Below, one piece after another: positions 24,391-32,232 of a stretch of DNA of 43,054 nucleotides. Location: the NCBI GenBank assembly GCA_043742865.1, contig JAYTXR010000012.1:1-43054 (forward strand), read 5' to 3'. The translations under genes were made by a program, and so were the position numbers. This DNA is from Acetobacteraceae bacterium (lineage in GTDB: Bacteria; Pseudomonadota; Alphaproteobacteria; Acetobacterales; Acetobacteraceae). Within the stretch, counting starts at the first letter, position 1, and each line of letters begins with the position of its first letter. The notes under the pieces are model-generated. The model saw only the letters and a program-made list of their open reading frames with translations. It did not search any database and was not told where the DNA came from.

Positions 24391-26091
24391 ATGTCACGCA
24401 ACACCTCTCTTCGCGAAACTGTCCCCCTCGCCGCGCCCTACGGCCCGCCGCCCGGTGCGCTCGCCGGGCGCAGCATTGTCCTGGTCGGGCTGATGGGGGC
24501 GGGCAAGACCTCGATCGGCCGCAGGCTCGCCGCCAGGCTCGGCATGCCATTCCATGACGCGGATGCCGAGATCGAGCTGGCGGCCGGGCGAAGCATTCCG
24601 GAGATCTTCGCCCGCTACGGCGAACAAAGCTTTCGCGACGGTGAACGCCGTGTGATCCGCCGCCTGCTGTCCGGCGAACCCATCGTCCTGGCCACCGGCG
24701 GCGGTGCGTTCATGGACGACCAAACCCGTGCCGCGACGCGCCGGGATGCGGTTTCCGTCTGGCTGCGCTGTAGCTTGCCGGTGCTTGTCCGGCGCGTGAC
24801 CGGGCGCGACAACCGCCCGCTGCTGGCCGGCGGCGATCCGGAGACCATCCTCCGGGCGCTGATGGACCGGCGCCACCCGGTTTATGCAGAGGCGGACCTG
24901 ATCGTGGATTGCGGCGATGAAAGCCTGGATCACAGCACCCATGCGGTGATGCAGACGCTGCTGTCCTGGCGCCCGCCACGCCGGCTCTGCGTGCAGCTTT
25001 CCACCACCCAATACGACGTGGTGATCGGCAACAACCTGCTGGCACGCGCCGGCGCGCTGCTGGCGCCGCTGCTGGCGCAGAAGCGCGCCGTCGTGATCAC
25101 CGATGAACACGTCGCCGCTTTGCACCTGCAAACCTTGTTGCGCGGATTGGCGGAAACCGGCATCGCCGTCAGCCAGATCATCGTACCGCCGGGGGAGGCG
25201 TCGAAAAGCCTGGAGGTTTATTGTCGCGTAACGGACGCCTTGTTGGCAGCCAGGGTCGAGCGTCGCACGACCGTGATCGCGCTCGGCGGCGGCGTGGTGG
25301 GCGACCTTGCCGGCTTCGCCGCCGCCACCACGCTGCGGGGCCTGCCGTTCGTTCAGGTGCCGACCACGCTGCTGTCGCAGGTGGACAGTTCGGTCGGCGG
25401 CAAAACCGGCATCAACACGCCGCGCGGCAAGAATTTGCTCGGCGCCTTCCACCAGCCGCGGATGGTGCTGGCCGATACCGCCACGCTGGCGACGCTGCCC
25501 CGCCGCGAACTTGCCGCCGGCTACGCCGAGATCGTCAAGGCCGGGCTGATCGCGGACCCCGAATTCTTCGAGTGGTGCGAGCTTCATGGCGCGGGCGTGA
25601 TCGGGGGAGATCCCGACGCCCAGGCCGAGGCGATCCGCCAGGCCTGCGCCTTCAAAGCGGCCGTGGTCGGCGACGACGAACGGGAGGAAAAGCCCCAGGA
25701 TGGCCGCGCCCTCCTCAACCTCGGCCATAGTTTCGGCCATGCGCTGGAAGCCGAGTATGGCTATGGCGGCGGATTGTTGCACGGCGAGGGGGTTGCGGTG
25801 GGCCTCGGGCTGGCATTCCGGTTATCCGTCCGCCTCGGCCTCTGCCCGCAAGCGGATGCGGACCGGGTCGTGTCGCATGTGGCGGGCCTTGGCCTGCCCG
25901 CCGAACTGCGGACCCTGAACCGCCGCTTCTCCGCCTCCACGCTGGTTCGCCATATGCGCGGGGATAAGAAAATGCAGGACGGCGTCCTGAAATTTGTTCT
26001 CGTGCACGGCATCGGCCAGGCCTTTACCTCCTCGAATGTTGACGAACAGGCGGTGCTCGATCTGCTGCGGCAGGAAGGCTGCGACGCCTGA
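24391..26091 (+). CDS. aroKB: Fused shikimate kinase / 3-dehydroquinate synthase
   Basis: The N-terminal AroK part has the Walker A motif VLVGLMGAGKTSIGRRLA and DADAEIE. It continues without a stop or restart codon into AroB (YDVVIGNNLL..., GGGVVGDLAGFAAAT, VQVPTTLLSQVDSSVGGKTGIN, NLGHSFGHALE). Confidence 0.85.
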   Translation: MSRNTSLRETVPLAAPYGPPPGALAGRSIVLVGLMGAGKTSIGRRLAARLGMPFHDADAEIELAAGRSIPEIFARYGEQSFRDGERRVIRRLLSGEPIVLATGGGAFMDDQTRAATRRDAVSVWLRCSLPVLVRRVTGRDNRPLLAGGDPETILRALMDRRHPVYAEADLIVDCGDESLDHSTHAVMQTLLSWRPPRRLCVQLSTTQYDVVIGNNLLARAGALLAPLLAQKRAVVITDEHVAALHLQTLLRGLAETGIAVSQIIVPPGEASKSLEVYCRVTDALLAARVERRTTVIALGGGVVGDLAGFAAATTLRGLPFVQVPTTLLSQVDSSVGGKTGINTPRGKNLLGAFHQPRMVLADTATLATLPRRELAAGYAEIVKAGLIADPEFFEWCELHGAGVIGGDPDAQAEAIRQACAFKAAVVGDDEREEKPQDGRALLNLGHSFGHALEAEYGYGGGLLHGEGVAVGLGLAFRLSVRLGLCPQADADRVVSHVAGLGLPAELRTLNRRFSASTLVRHMRGDKKMQDGVLKFVLVHGIGQAFTSSNVDEQAVLDLLRQEGCDA

Positions 26092-26169
26092 ATTTGCACC
26101 CGCGCCGGCGCGGAGGTATAGAACTATGTTGCACTGCACAATTCTTTCCCGTCAGTGCCGGAGCGTCCC

Positions 26170-26832
26170 ATGCCACTGAGCCCCCCTGTTATGCGCGAAC
26201 TGTCGCATACCCGCGCGATCACCATCCAAGGTTATCGCCGGGCCGACGGATTATACGACATCGAAGCGGCGCTGACCGACACGAAGGCCTTCGGATTTCC
26301 GAATGAGGAGCGCGGTTTCATCGCCCCCGGCGAGAAGCTGCACGGCATGGCCATGCGCATGACCGTCACCGAGGACATGACGATTACCGGGTGCGAAGCC
26401 TCCTCGGACCATACGCCGTATGCGATCTGCCCCAGTGCTGCACCAAACTTTGTCCGTTTGGCGGGGCTCAAGATCGGCCGCGGCTTCCTGAAGGAGGCCG
26501 CTCTGCGCATCGGCGGAACGCATGGCTGCACCCATCTGCGCGAGTTGCTGCAGCAAATGGCCACAACGGCTTTCCAGACCATCAACCCCCACCGCGCCAA
26601 ACGCGATACTGATGCCGCCGCCAGGCGTGGAGAAACCATCAGCGGTGAAACGCTGGACGCCAAGATCACCGAACGCTGGGGCGGCCCACCGGCCATCCTT
26701 GGCACCTGCGTCGCCTACGGCACCACCAGTCCGGTTGTCCGGCGCCGTTGGCCGCATCTCTATACCGGCGTCAATCCGGTCCAAAATATGCCCGCCCGCC
26801 CGGCCATGGCGCCAGCCGCTGGCGAGGACTGA
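26170..26832 (+). CDS. DUF2889-domain protein
   Basis: 220 aa. SHTRAITIQGYRRADGLYDIEAALTDTK...GTHGCTHLRELLQQMATTAFQTI resembles the DUF2889 family pattern as I remember it. Confidence 0.6.
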   Translation: MPLSPPVMRELSHTRAITIQGYRRADGLYDIEAALTDTKAFGFPNEERGFIAPGEKLHGMAMRMTVTEDMTITGCEASSDHTPYAICPSAAPNFVRLAGLKIGRGFLKEAALRIGGTHGCTHLRELLQQMATTAFQTINPHRAKRDTDAAARRGETISGETLDAKITERWGGPPAILGTCVAYGTTSPVVRRRWPHLYTGVNPVQNMPARPAMAPAAGED

Positions 26833-26841
26833 GCGCGATTC

Positions 26842-27258
26842 TCAGATCGGTCGACACTCGTATCCGTTGTTGCCTCGATACGTCGCGTCCGACCCGGAAA
26901 CCTGGGTTTTACCCTCCGCCAGCGCGCGGAAATATTGCACGATGAACACCCTTATTCCGCTGGTGCGACCGCCGGCAGCGTCCCCATCGTCACGGCCGTG
27001 CTGTGTCCTGCCCTGAGATTCGACCCGACGGATAATGGTTCCGATATCGGATTGCTCCCGCCGGCAAATTTCCCGTAGGGCATCCCATAGTTCCGGTTCC
27101 AGACGCATGCTGGTCCGTCCGCTCTCGCCGACGACGTTGCGATTGACCAATCGGCTGCCGGGCATGCCGCTATCTCCATACATTTCACGTGTGGATTGAG
27201 CCAGACCCAGGTTAAGCAACGGTTCCCATGTAAAAATTTCGCGTCTGCAGTCGGCCAC
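26842..27258 (-). CDS. Ribbon-helix-helix (RHH_4-like) domain protein
   Basis: The core TSMRLEPELWDALREICRREQSDIGTIIRRVE...IRVFIVQYFR matches the RHH pattern seen in DUF-type RHH_4 proteins. Start uncertain (27258 or the ATG at 27165). Confidence 0.55.
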   Translation of the reverse strand: MADCRREIFTWEPLLNLGLAQSTREMYGDSGMPGSRLVNRNVVGESGRTSMRLEPELWDALREICRREQSDIGTIIRRVESQGRTQHGRDDGDAAGGRTSGIRVFIVQYFRALAEGKTQVSGSDATYRGNNGYECRPI

Positions 27259-27276
27259 GCTTCATATTGGCCCGCT

Positions 27277-27741
27277 TCATATTGGCAACGGTCCATCCTT
27301 TAGCCGCTCCATGGCAAAGCGGCTGGTAACGTTGCGCAGCTTCACTGCGACAATCAGCTTTCGGTAAAAATCATCATAAGCGGCGATATCCGCCACGACG
27401 ACATGCAGCAAATAATCCACATCCCCGCTCATTCGCCAGGCATCGACGATCTCCGGCATTCCGCCAACGACTGTGGCGAACCGTTCCAGCCAGTCGCTCG
27501 AATGATCCGCGGTCTCCACCTCCACGAATACCGAAACCGGCACGCCGATCTTGGCGGGATCGAGCACCGCGACCCGGCGAAGGATAATCCCATCCTGCTC
27601 CATACGCCGGATCCGCTTCCAACATGGTGTGGGGGTCAGGCCAACTTTTTCCGCCACCTCCGCCAATGACAGCGAGGCGTCCTCGGCCAGCAATCGCAGG
27701 ATCGCCCGATCCAACCGGTCAAGCAGTTTGTTGTCGGCCAT
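27277..27741 (-). CDS. Lrp/AsnC-family transcriptional regulator
   Basis: 154 aa. LDRLDRAILRLLAEDASLSLAEVAEKVGLTPTPCWKRIRRMEQDGII is the HTH, followed by an AsnC-type ligand domain. It is divergent from an efflux MFS gene across an AT-rich spacer. Confidence 0.9.
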   Translation of the reverse strand: MADNKLLDRLDRAILRLLAEDASLSLAEVAEKVGLTPTPCWKRIRRMEQDGIILRRVAVLDPAKIGVPVSVFVEVETADHSSDWLERFATVVGGMPEIVDAWRMSGDVDYLLHVVVADIAAYDDFYRKLIVAVKLRNVTSRFAMERLKDGPLPI

Positions 27742-28023
27742 ATAGGGGTTTTCCTTGCGTAAATTCGCTATTCAATAGATAGGCTTTACTCATTATGGCT
27801 AAAATGAATTGTAGAAAAGTATTTTTTTCTCCCGCCGCGCGTCCTTCCGCCAGCGTTCGCCTTGCCGGAGCGGTCGTTGCCCGTGCCCGCCAGCCTGATG
27901 TCACGGCCCCGATTTCATGCCCGGACTTCATCCCCTGGTCGCTGCCAGCCCCATCCGGCTACTGTTGCGCGCTTGACAATCCTGCACGGCGGCGAACCCC
28001 GCGAGCCCCCCAACGCCGCGGCC

Positions 28024-29475
28024 ATGCGCAGGCTTTTCTTTCACGTTTTCCCATCGATCATGCTGCCCGTGTTTCTCTCGGCGCTGGATCAGACCATCGT
28101 CTCGACGGCGCTGCCCGCCATTGCCGGTGCCCTCGGCAATGTCGAACAGATCTCGTGGATCGTCGTCGCCTACCTGCTGGCCAACACCATCGCCGCCCCC
28201 ATTTACGGCCGCCTCGGGGATGCACTGGGACGCAAGCGCATGCTCTACGTCGCGCTGGCGATCCTCATGACCGGCTCTCTGATCGGCGCAGCGGCGCCCA
28301 ATTTGTGGGTTTTGGTCCTCGCCCGGGTGTTGCAAGGCCTTGGCGGCGGCGGACTGATGACGTTGTCGCAGGCGCTGATCGGGGAGGCGGTGCCACCCCG
28401 CCAGCGCGGTCGTTATCAGGGGTATCTGGCCACCACATTTGTCACCGCCAGCACCTTCGGTCCCGTGGTTGGCGGTTATCTGACCGAGCATCTGGGCTGG
28501 CGCGCCGTGCTGCTGGTGAATATTCCGCTGGGCCTGCTGTCGATGTTGCTGGCGATCCGGTTGAAATCCCAATACCAGGGCGGTGGCCGGTTCAGCTTCG
28601 ACATCTGGGGCACGGTATTCTTCGCGCTCACCATCGTCCCCGGCCTGATCGCCTTGGAACAGGCACGCAAGCTGGATGCCCACGCATTGCCGCTGATCCT
28701 GCTGCTGCTCGTGATCGCCGCCGTCTCGCTGTTTGTGCTGATACGCCAGGAGCGCCGTGCCCCAACGCCGCTTCTGCCGGTCAATCTGTTGCGCGACCCC
28801 ACCATTCTTCGCAGCGATTTGATGGCGCTGTGCCTCGCCGGTGCGGTCGTCTCGATGATCACGTTTTTGCCGCTCTATTTGCAGGTTGCCCGCGGCGTCT
28901 CGCCTAGCGACACCGGAATGATGATGTTGCCGCTTACCGCCGGCATCGGCGTCGGCTCCATCTTCACCGGACGGATGATCGCACGTACCGGCCGCACCGC
29001 CATCTGGCCGTCCTTAGGGCTCGCGATCAGCGTGGCGATGCTGGTATTCCTGGCGATCCTGGCGCCGCAGCTTCCGGTGTCGGTACTCCCCTGGGCTTTC
29101 GCGGCTATCTCGATGAGCTTTGGCACCGGCATGCCGGTCGTGCAGATCACGGTCCAAACGATGGCCGGCCCGACATCGCTTGCCGCTGCCGCGGCTTCCG
29201 TGCAGATCTCCCGCTCGGTCGGCGCCGCCTTCGCCACGGCCGTTGTCGGCACAATCCTGTTCGCTGTCCTCGCCGCCAAGGACGCGCAGACGGCGGCGAT
29301 GTTCACCGAACTGATCCAGCACGGCCCGCCCATACTCGCAAACTTGGATCAGGTCCGTCGAGAGGCGGTGCAGACCGAGATCGCCGAAGCCTTCCAGGCT
29401 GCCTTTCTTACCATCGCCGGCTTCGCCACCGCCGCTCTGCTACTGGCCTGGAGCATACCGGTCCGGCGGCTATAG
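28024..29475 (+). CDS. MFS transporter, DHA2 (EmrB/QacA-type, 14-TMS) efflux family
   Basis: From the ATG at 28024: FPSIMLPVFLSALDQTIVSTALPAIAGALG, GRLGDALGRKR, LARVLQGLGGGGL. About 483 aa with 14 hydrophobic segments. Confidence 0.85.
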   Translation: MRRLFFHVFPSIMLPVFLSALDQTIVSTALPAIAGALGNVEQISWIVVAYLLANTIAAPIYGRLGDALGRKRMLYVALAILMTGSLIGAAAPNLWVLVLARVLQGLGGGGLMTLSQALIGEAVPPRQRGRYQGYLATTFVTASTFGPVVGGYLTEHLGWRAVLLVNIPLGLLSMLLAIRLKSQYQGGGRFSFDIWGTVFFALTIVPGLIALEQARKLDAHALPLILLLLVIAAVSLFVLIRQERRAPTPLLPVNLLRDPTILRSDLMALCLAGAVVSMITFLPLYLQVARGVSPSDTGMMMLPLTAGIGVGSIFTGRMIARTGRTAIWPSLGLAISVAMLVFLAILAPQLPVSVLPWAFAAISMSFGTGMPVVQITVQTMAGPTSLAAAAASVQISRSVGAAFATAVVGTILFAVLAAKDAQTAAMFTELIQHGPPILANLDQVRREAVQTEIAEAFQAAFLTIAGFATAALLLAWSIPVRRL

Positions 29476-29532
29476 CCGTTTCTAGAACGATCCAATTTGA
29501 GCCGGCGTGGTTAATAAACGATACGCTGGGGA

Positions 29533-31647
29533 CTAGGGAGCCGTTTCCGCCAATCCGGCGAGCCTTAACCCCTCAGCATAATGAAGCAGGTCCTCGGGCC
29601 GGGTCAGGGGGGATCGCGCCACCGCGTCGCGCACGCAGAATTTTGGTTCCAGAACCAACAACCGTTCCCGCAAGTTCTTCGCTTCGGTCAGCCGCCCCAG
29701 ATGGCCCAGCGCAGCCAAATGTCCTTTGTACGTCGATGAGAAGGTTGGGTTTAGCGCCAAAGCCCGGTTGCCGAGTCCGATCGCGAGATCATAGGACTGC
29801 AGCATCAGAAATGGCATCATCGCCGCCATATCGAAAAAGAACCCATGCGGATCGAACGGCGATAGCTTTCGCGCCTGCGCGATCCTCTCGATGGCTTCCT
29901 CATGCCTTCCCAGATAGGAAAGCGAGAGCCCCGAGAAACACCAGGCCAGCGCGAGATGCGGATTAACCGCCAACGCCTGCTCGTGCAACTGCAACCCTTC
30001 CTCGGCGTGCCGTCCGAGGAAGCAGCGAACGTGACCCGCGATTGTCAGGGCCCGGGCATCCGTCGGGTCGAGCCTCACGGCGCGTTCAGCCAGATCCCCC
30101 CCGAGCAGCGTTGCCGCCGCCACATCCTCTGCCCACCCCTGCCCAACCAGCAATAAATGCCAATAGGCATACCAGGCATGAGCCGAAGCATGGGTAGGAT
30201 CCAAGACGATTGCAGCTGCCAGCATCTCCCCGGCATCGTGAAATCCCTCCAGCTCAAGACGGTAGATCGCCGGAATGGCGCGCAGCAGCAGATGATCCGC
30301 ACTGGCGCCATCGCGCGGCAGGGAACGGGCCTTTTCCCCTTCGCGCACCAGCAATTCAGGATCCAGTTGGGCCACTGTCTCTGCCGCGATTTCTTCCTGT
30401 AGCGTCAGTAAGTCGGTCTCCTGGCGATCAAACCGCCTCGCCCAGATCACTTCCTCACCGGCATGCAGATCCAGCAATCGTATCATGACCCGCGCTCGGC
30501 CACGGCCACGCTGCACGGTTCCCTCCAGCAACAGATCCAAACCCAGCAACCGCCATGCCCCGCCCCCGCCAACCTGGCCCACGGCATTCTGCTGTGCCAG
30601 GGCACTCATGGAACTGGGGGCCACGCAAGAAAGCCAACTCAGCCGCGACAGGGTGTAGGTAATTTCCTCCGCCACTCCCAGCGACAATTCGTCCGTCTGG
30701 GAGGCGTCCAACATGCGCAGCGGCATTACGCCGATCCGCACCGGGCGATACCCGACGGAAACCGGAGCGAGGCCTGGCACCTGTGACGTCTTCGCCTGAT
30801 CGGCCGGCGGCCCGGGCCGGACGGAACGGATATCGGAAAAGACCTCTGCTGAACCCCGATTGCGGATGCTTGAAAGTATAGAAGCCGTCTCCTCCGAAGG
30901 AGCGAGTTGTGCCACTGCCGCCAGTGCATCGGCGCAACGTTCATAAGTGCTCACCGCAGCGGCCCGATCCCCCCTGGCTGCATGCACCCGGATCAAGACA
31001 CGCCAGGCGCCTTCATGCGCCCGGTCGATGGCGATCAGAAGTTCGGCCGCGCGGACCAAAGTCTCCATCCCCGCATCGGTCCCATCGGCCCCGGCCGTCT
31101 GGCAGGCAGCCAACCAGGCCTCCGCCCGGACGCGCGCCAATCCGGACAAAATTTCGGTCTGCGCTGCCCGCCAGCGGTCAAATGCCGGATCGATACCCGC
31201 CAGATCTTCGACCAGGGTCGGGCGGAACAATTCCAGCGCCTCGGGCCGGCTCACTCCGCCACGCGACAGCGCCTGGATGTCCACCTGCACAAGCTCGCTC
31301 AGCGATCGGCTTGCAGGCGCGTTTCCCAGGGAGAGATGGGTGCGATCCACCAGAAACAACGCCGGATCCATCCCGCCCAAAAGGTCACCTAGCTCGTGGA
31401 CGGCCTGACGCAGCGAGGCTCTGGCTTGCTCGCGCTCCCGTCGGCTCCACAGCAGTTCCGTCAACTCATCGCGTCTCACCGGTCTTCCGGCATTCAGCGC
31501 GAGCACCGCCAGCACTCCGCGCGTCTTGCGGCCTTTGGGCAGCAGGTTTGCTCCGTCCGGCCCACGCACGTCCATGGTCGAAAACAGTCTCACCCGCAGG
31601 AGCGGAAATCCCAGTTCAGGGACGGATACTCGGGGATCGCGTTCCAT
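29533..31647 (-). CDS. Large transcriptional regulator: N-terminal winged-helix (OmpR/SARP-type) DNA-binding domain plus central domain plus C-terminal TPR repeats
   Basis: The N-terminus LRVRLFSTMDVRGPDGANLLPKGRKTRGVLAVLALNAGRPVRRDELTELLWSRREREQARASLRQAVHEL is a SARP/trans_reg_C-type wHTH with a BTAD-like continuation. The C-terminal third has repeated TPR-like helices (AHAWYAYWHLL, ALTIAGHVRCFLGRHAEEGLQLHEQALAVNP, AWCFSGLSLSYLGRHEEAIERIAQARKLSP, YKGHLAALGHLGRLTEAKNLRERLL). Start is the ATG at 31647 or the TTG at 31677. Confidence 0.75.
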   Translation of the reverse strand: MERDPRVSVPELGFPLLRVRLFSTMDVRGPDGANLLPKGRKTRGVLAVLALNAGRPVRRDELTELLWSRREREQARASLRQAVHELGDLLGGMDPALFLVDRTHLSLGNAPASRSLSELVQVDIQALSRGGVSRPEALELFRPTLVEDLAGIDPAFDRWRAAQTEILSGLARVRAEAWLAACQTAGADGTDAGMETLVRAAELLIAIDRAHEGAWRVLIRVHAARGDRAAAVSTYERCADALAAVAQLAPSEETASILSSIRNRGSAEVFSDIRSVRPGPPADQAKTSQVPGLAPVSVGYRPVRIGVMPLRMLDASQTDELSLGVAEEITYTLSRLSWLSCVAPSSMSALAQQNAVGQVGGGGAWRLLGLDLLLEGTVQRGRGRARVMIRLLDLHAGEEVIWARRFDRQETDLLTLQEEIAAETVAQLDPELLVREGEKARSLPRDGASADHLLLRAIPAIYRLELEGFHDAGEMLAAAIVLDPTHASAHAWYAYWHLLLVGQGWAEDVAAATLLGGDLAERAVRLDPTDARALTIAGHVRCFLGRHAEEGLQLHEQALAVNPHLALAWCFSGLSLSYLGRHEEAIERIAQARKLSPFDPHGFFFDMAAMMPFLMLQSYDLAIGLGNRALALNPTFSSTYKGHLAALGHLGRLTEAKNLRERLLVLEPKFCVRDAVARSPLTRPEDLLHYAEGLRLAGLAETAP

Positions 31648-31775
31648 GTCGTCCAGCCAGCGCCTCCGATCGACCAACCCAGATGCGAGTTATTGAAAAT
31701 TGTATTCTGAATCACACTATCGTGAGTTCATCCAGTCCGCAATAATCCTTTGTAAACAGATATAGGAAAATTGTC

Positions 31776-31805
31776 TTGACGCGCGTTCCCGATCCATCCT
31801 AGGAT
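31776..31805 (+). promoter_or_regulatory. Candidate sigma70-type promoter upstream of the small peptide ORF
   Basis: TTGACG (31776-31781), an 18-nt spacer, then TAGGAT (31800-31805). The -10 element is embedded in the 10-bp palindrome ATCCTAGGAT (31796-31805), and GAAAATTGT abuts the -35. This is a sequence match only. Confidence 0.3.
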
Positions 31806-31986
31806 TAAACTGTCAACAGGCGTACTGCGCCCGCAGACTTTCCAACGCAAATTCATCCTCCGTCCCGACCGTCTCTGGGTAGTTTTGCCCGGCGCGCCAG
31901 GATAAGGCTGCCCATTTGCCGGCTGGAATGCGGCAACATCGGCAGGTCGCAAGTTGACAACCCCACATCGTCCGGAAGGATCTAAA

Positions 31987-32151
31987 ATGATGCAGGTTTC
32001 CTCGAATACCGCTCTGCCCAAGCCGACCAACGCGGACACCGTCGATAACGGTACCATTCACATCGGCGGCGGCTTTCGTCTTTCGCCGGTGGAAATCGCC
32101 GATAGCGCCCGCGTTCGCGTTGGCGGCGGCTTCCGCCTGCCTACCGCCTGA
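31987..32151 (+). CDS. 54-aa peptide with duplicated GGGFRL motif (candidate precursor or signalling peptide)
   Basis: GGAAGGA Shine-Dalgarno lies 6 nt upstream of the ATG at 31987. Translation: MMQVSSNTALPKPTNADTVDNGTIHIGGGFRLSPVEIADSARVRVGGGFRLPTA. It has no signal peptide or TM. A stem-loop follows, then a gene with its own strong RBS. Confidence 0.55.
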   Translation: MMQVSSNTALPKPTNADTVDNGTIHIGGGFRLSPVEIADSARVRVGGGFRLPTA

Positions 32152-32158
32152 CGATAAA

Positions 32159-32187
32159 GGCCAGGGGGAGCGAAGCTCCCCCTGGCC
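32159..32187 (+). terminator. Perfect 13-bp stem-loop directly after the peptide ORF (attenuator or partial terminator)
   Basis: GGCCAGGGGGAGC-GAA-GCTCCCCCTGGCC, starting 8 nt after the TGA. No clear U-tract follows (GCCTCTCGTGGGTGTTC). Confidence 0.55.
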
Positions 32188-32232
32188 GCCTCTCGTGGGT
32201 GTTCAATCCGGCCCAAACCAGGAGACCCGGTT

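Noticed and set aside
31954-31986. Longer 65-aa version of the peptide ORF starting at 31954, and a TTGACA (31954-31959) as its promoter
   Set aside because: The ATG at 31954 has no Shine-Dalgarno, whereas the ATG at 31987 has GGAAGGA at ideal spacing. The TTGACA has no acceptable -10 (AGGATC) and would leave almost no leader. It is retained only as an alternative to test by TSS mapping.
31728-32057. 109-aa minus-strand ORF (and 31813-32061) overlapping the peptide ORF and its upstream region
   Set aside because: It has no RBS and lies in the AT-rich control region antisense to the RBS-supported peptide ORF. The composition is not protein-like. I kept the plus-strand 54-aa ORF instead.
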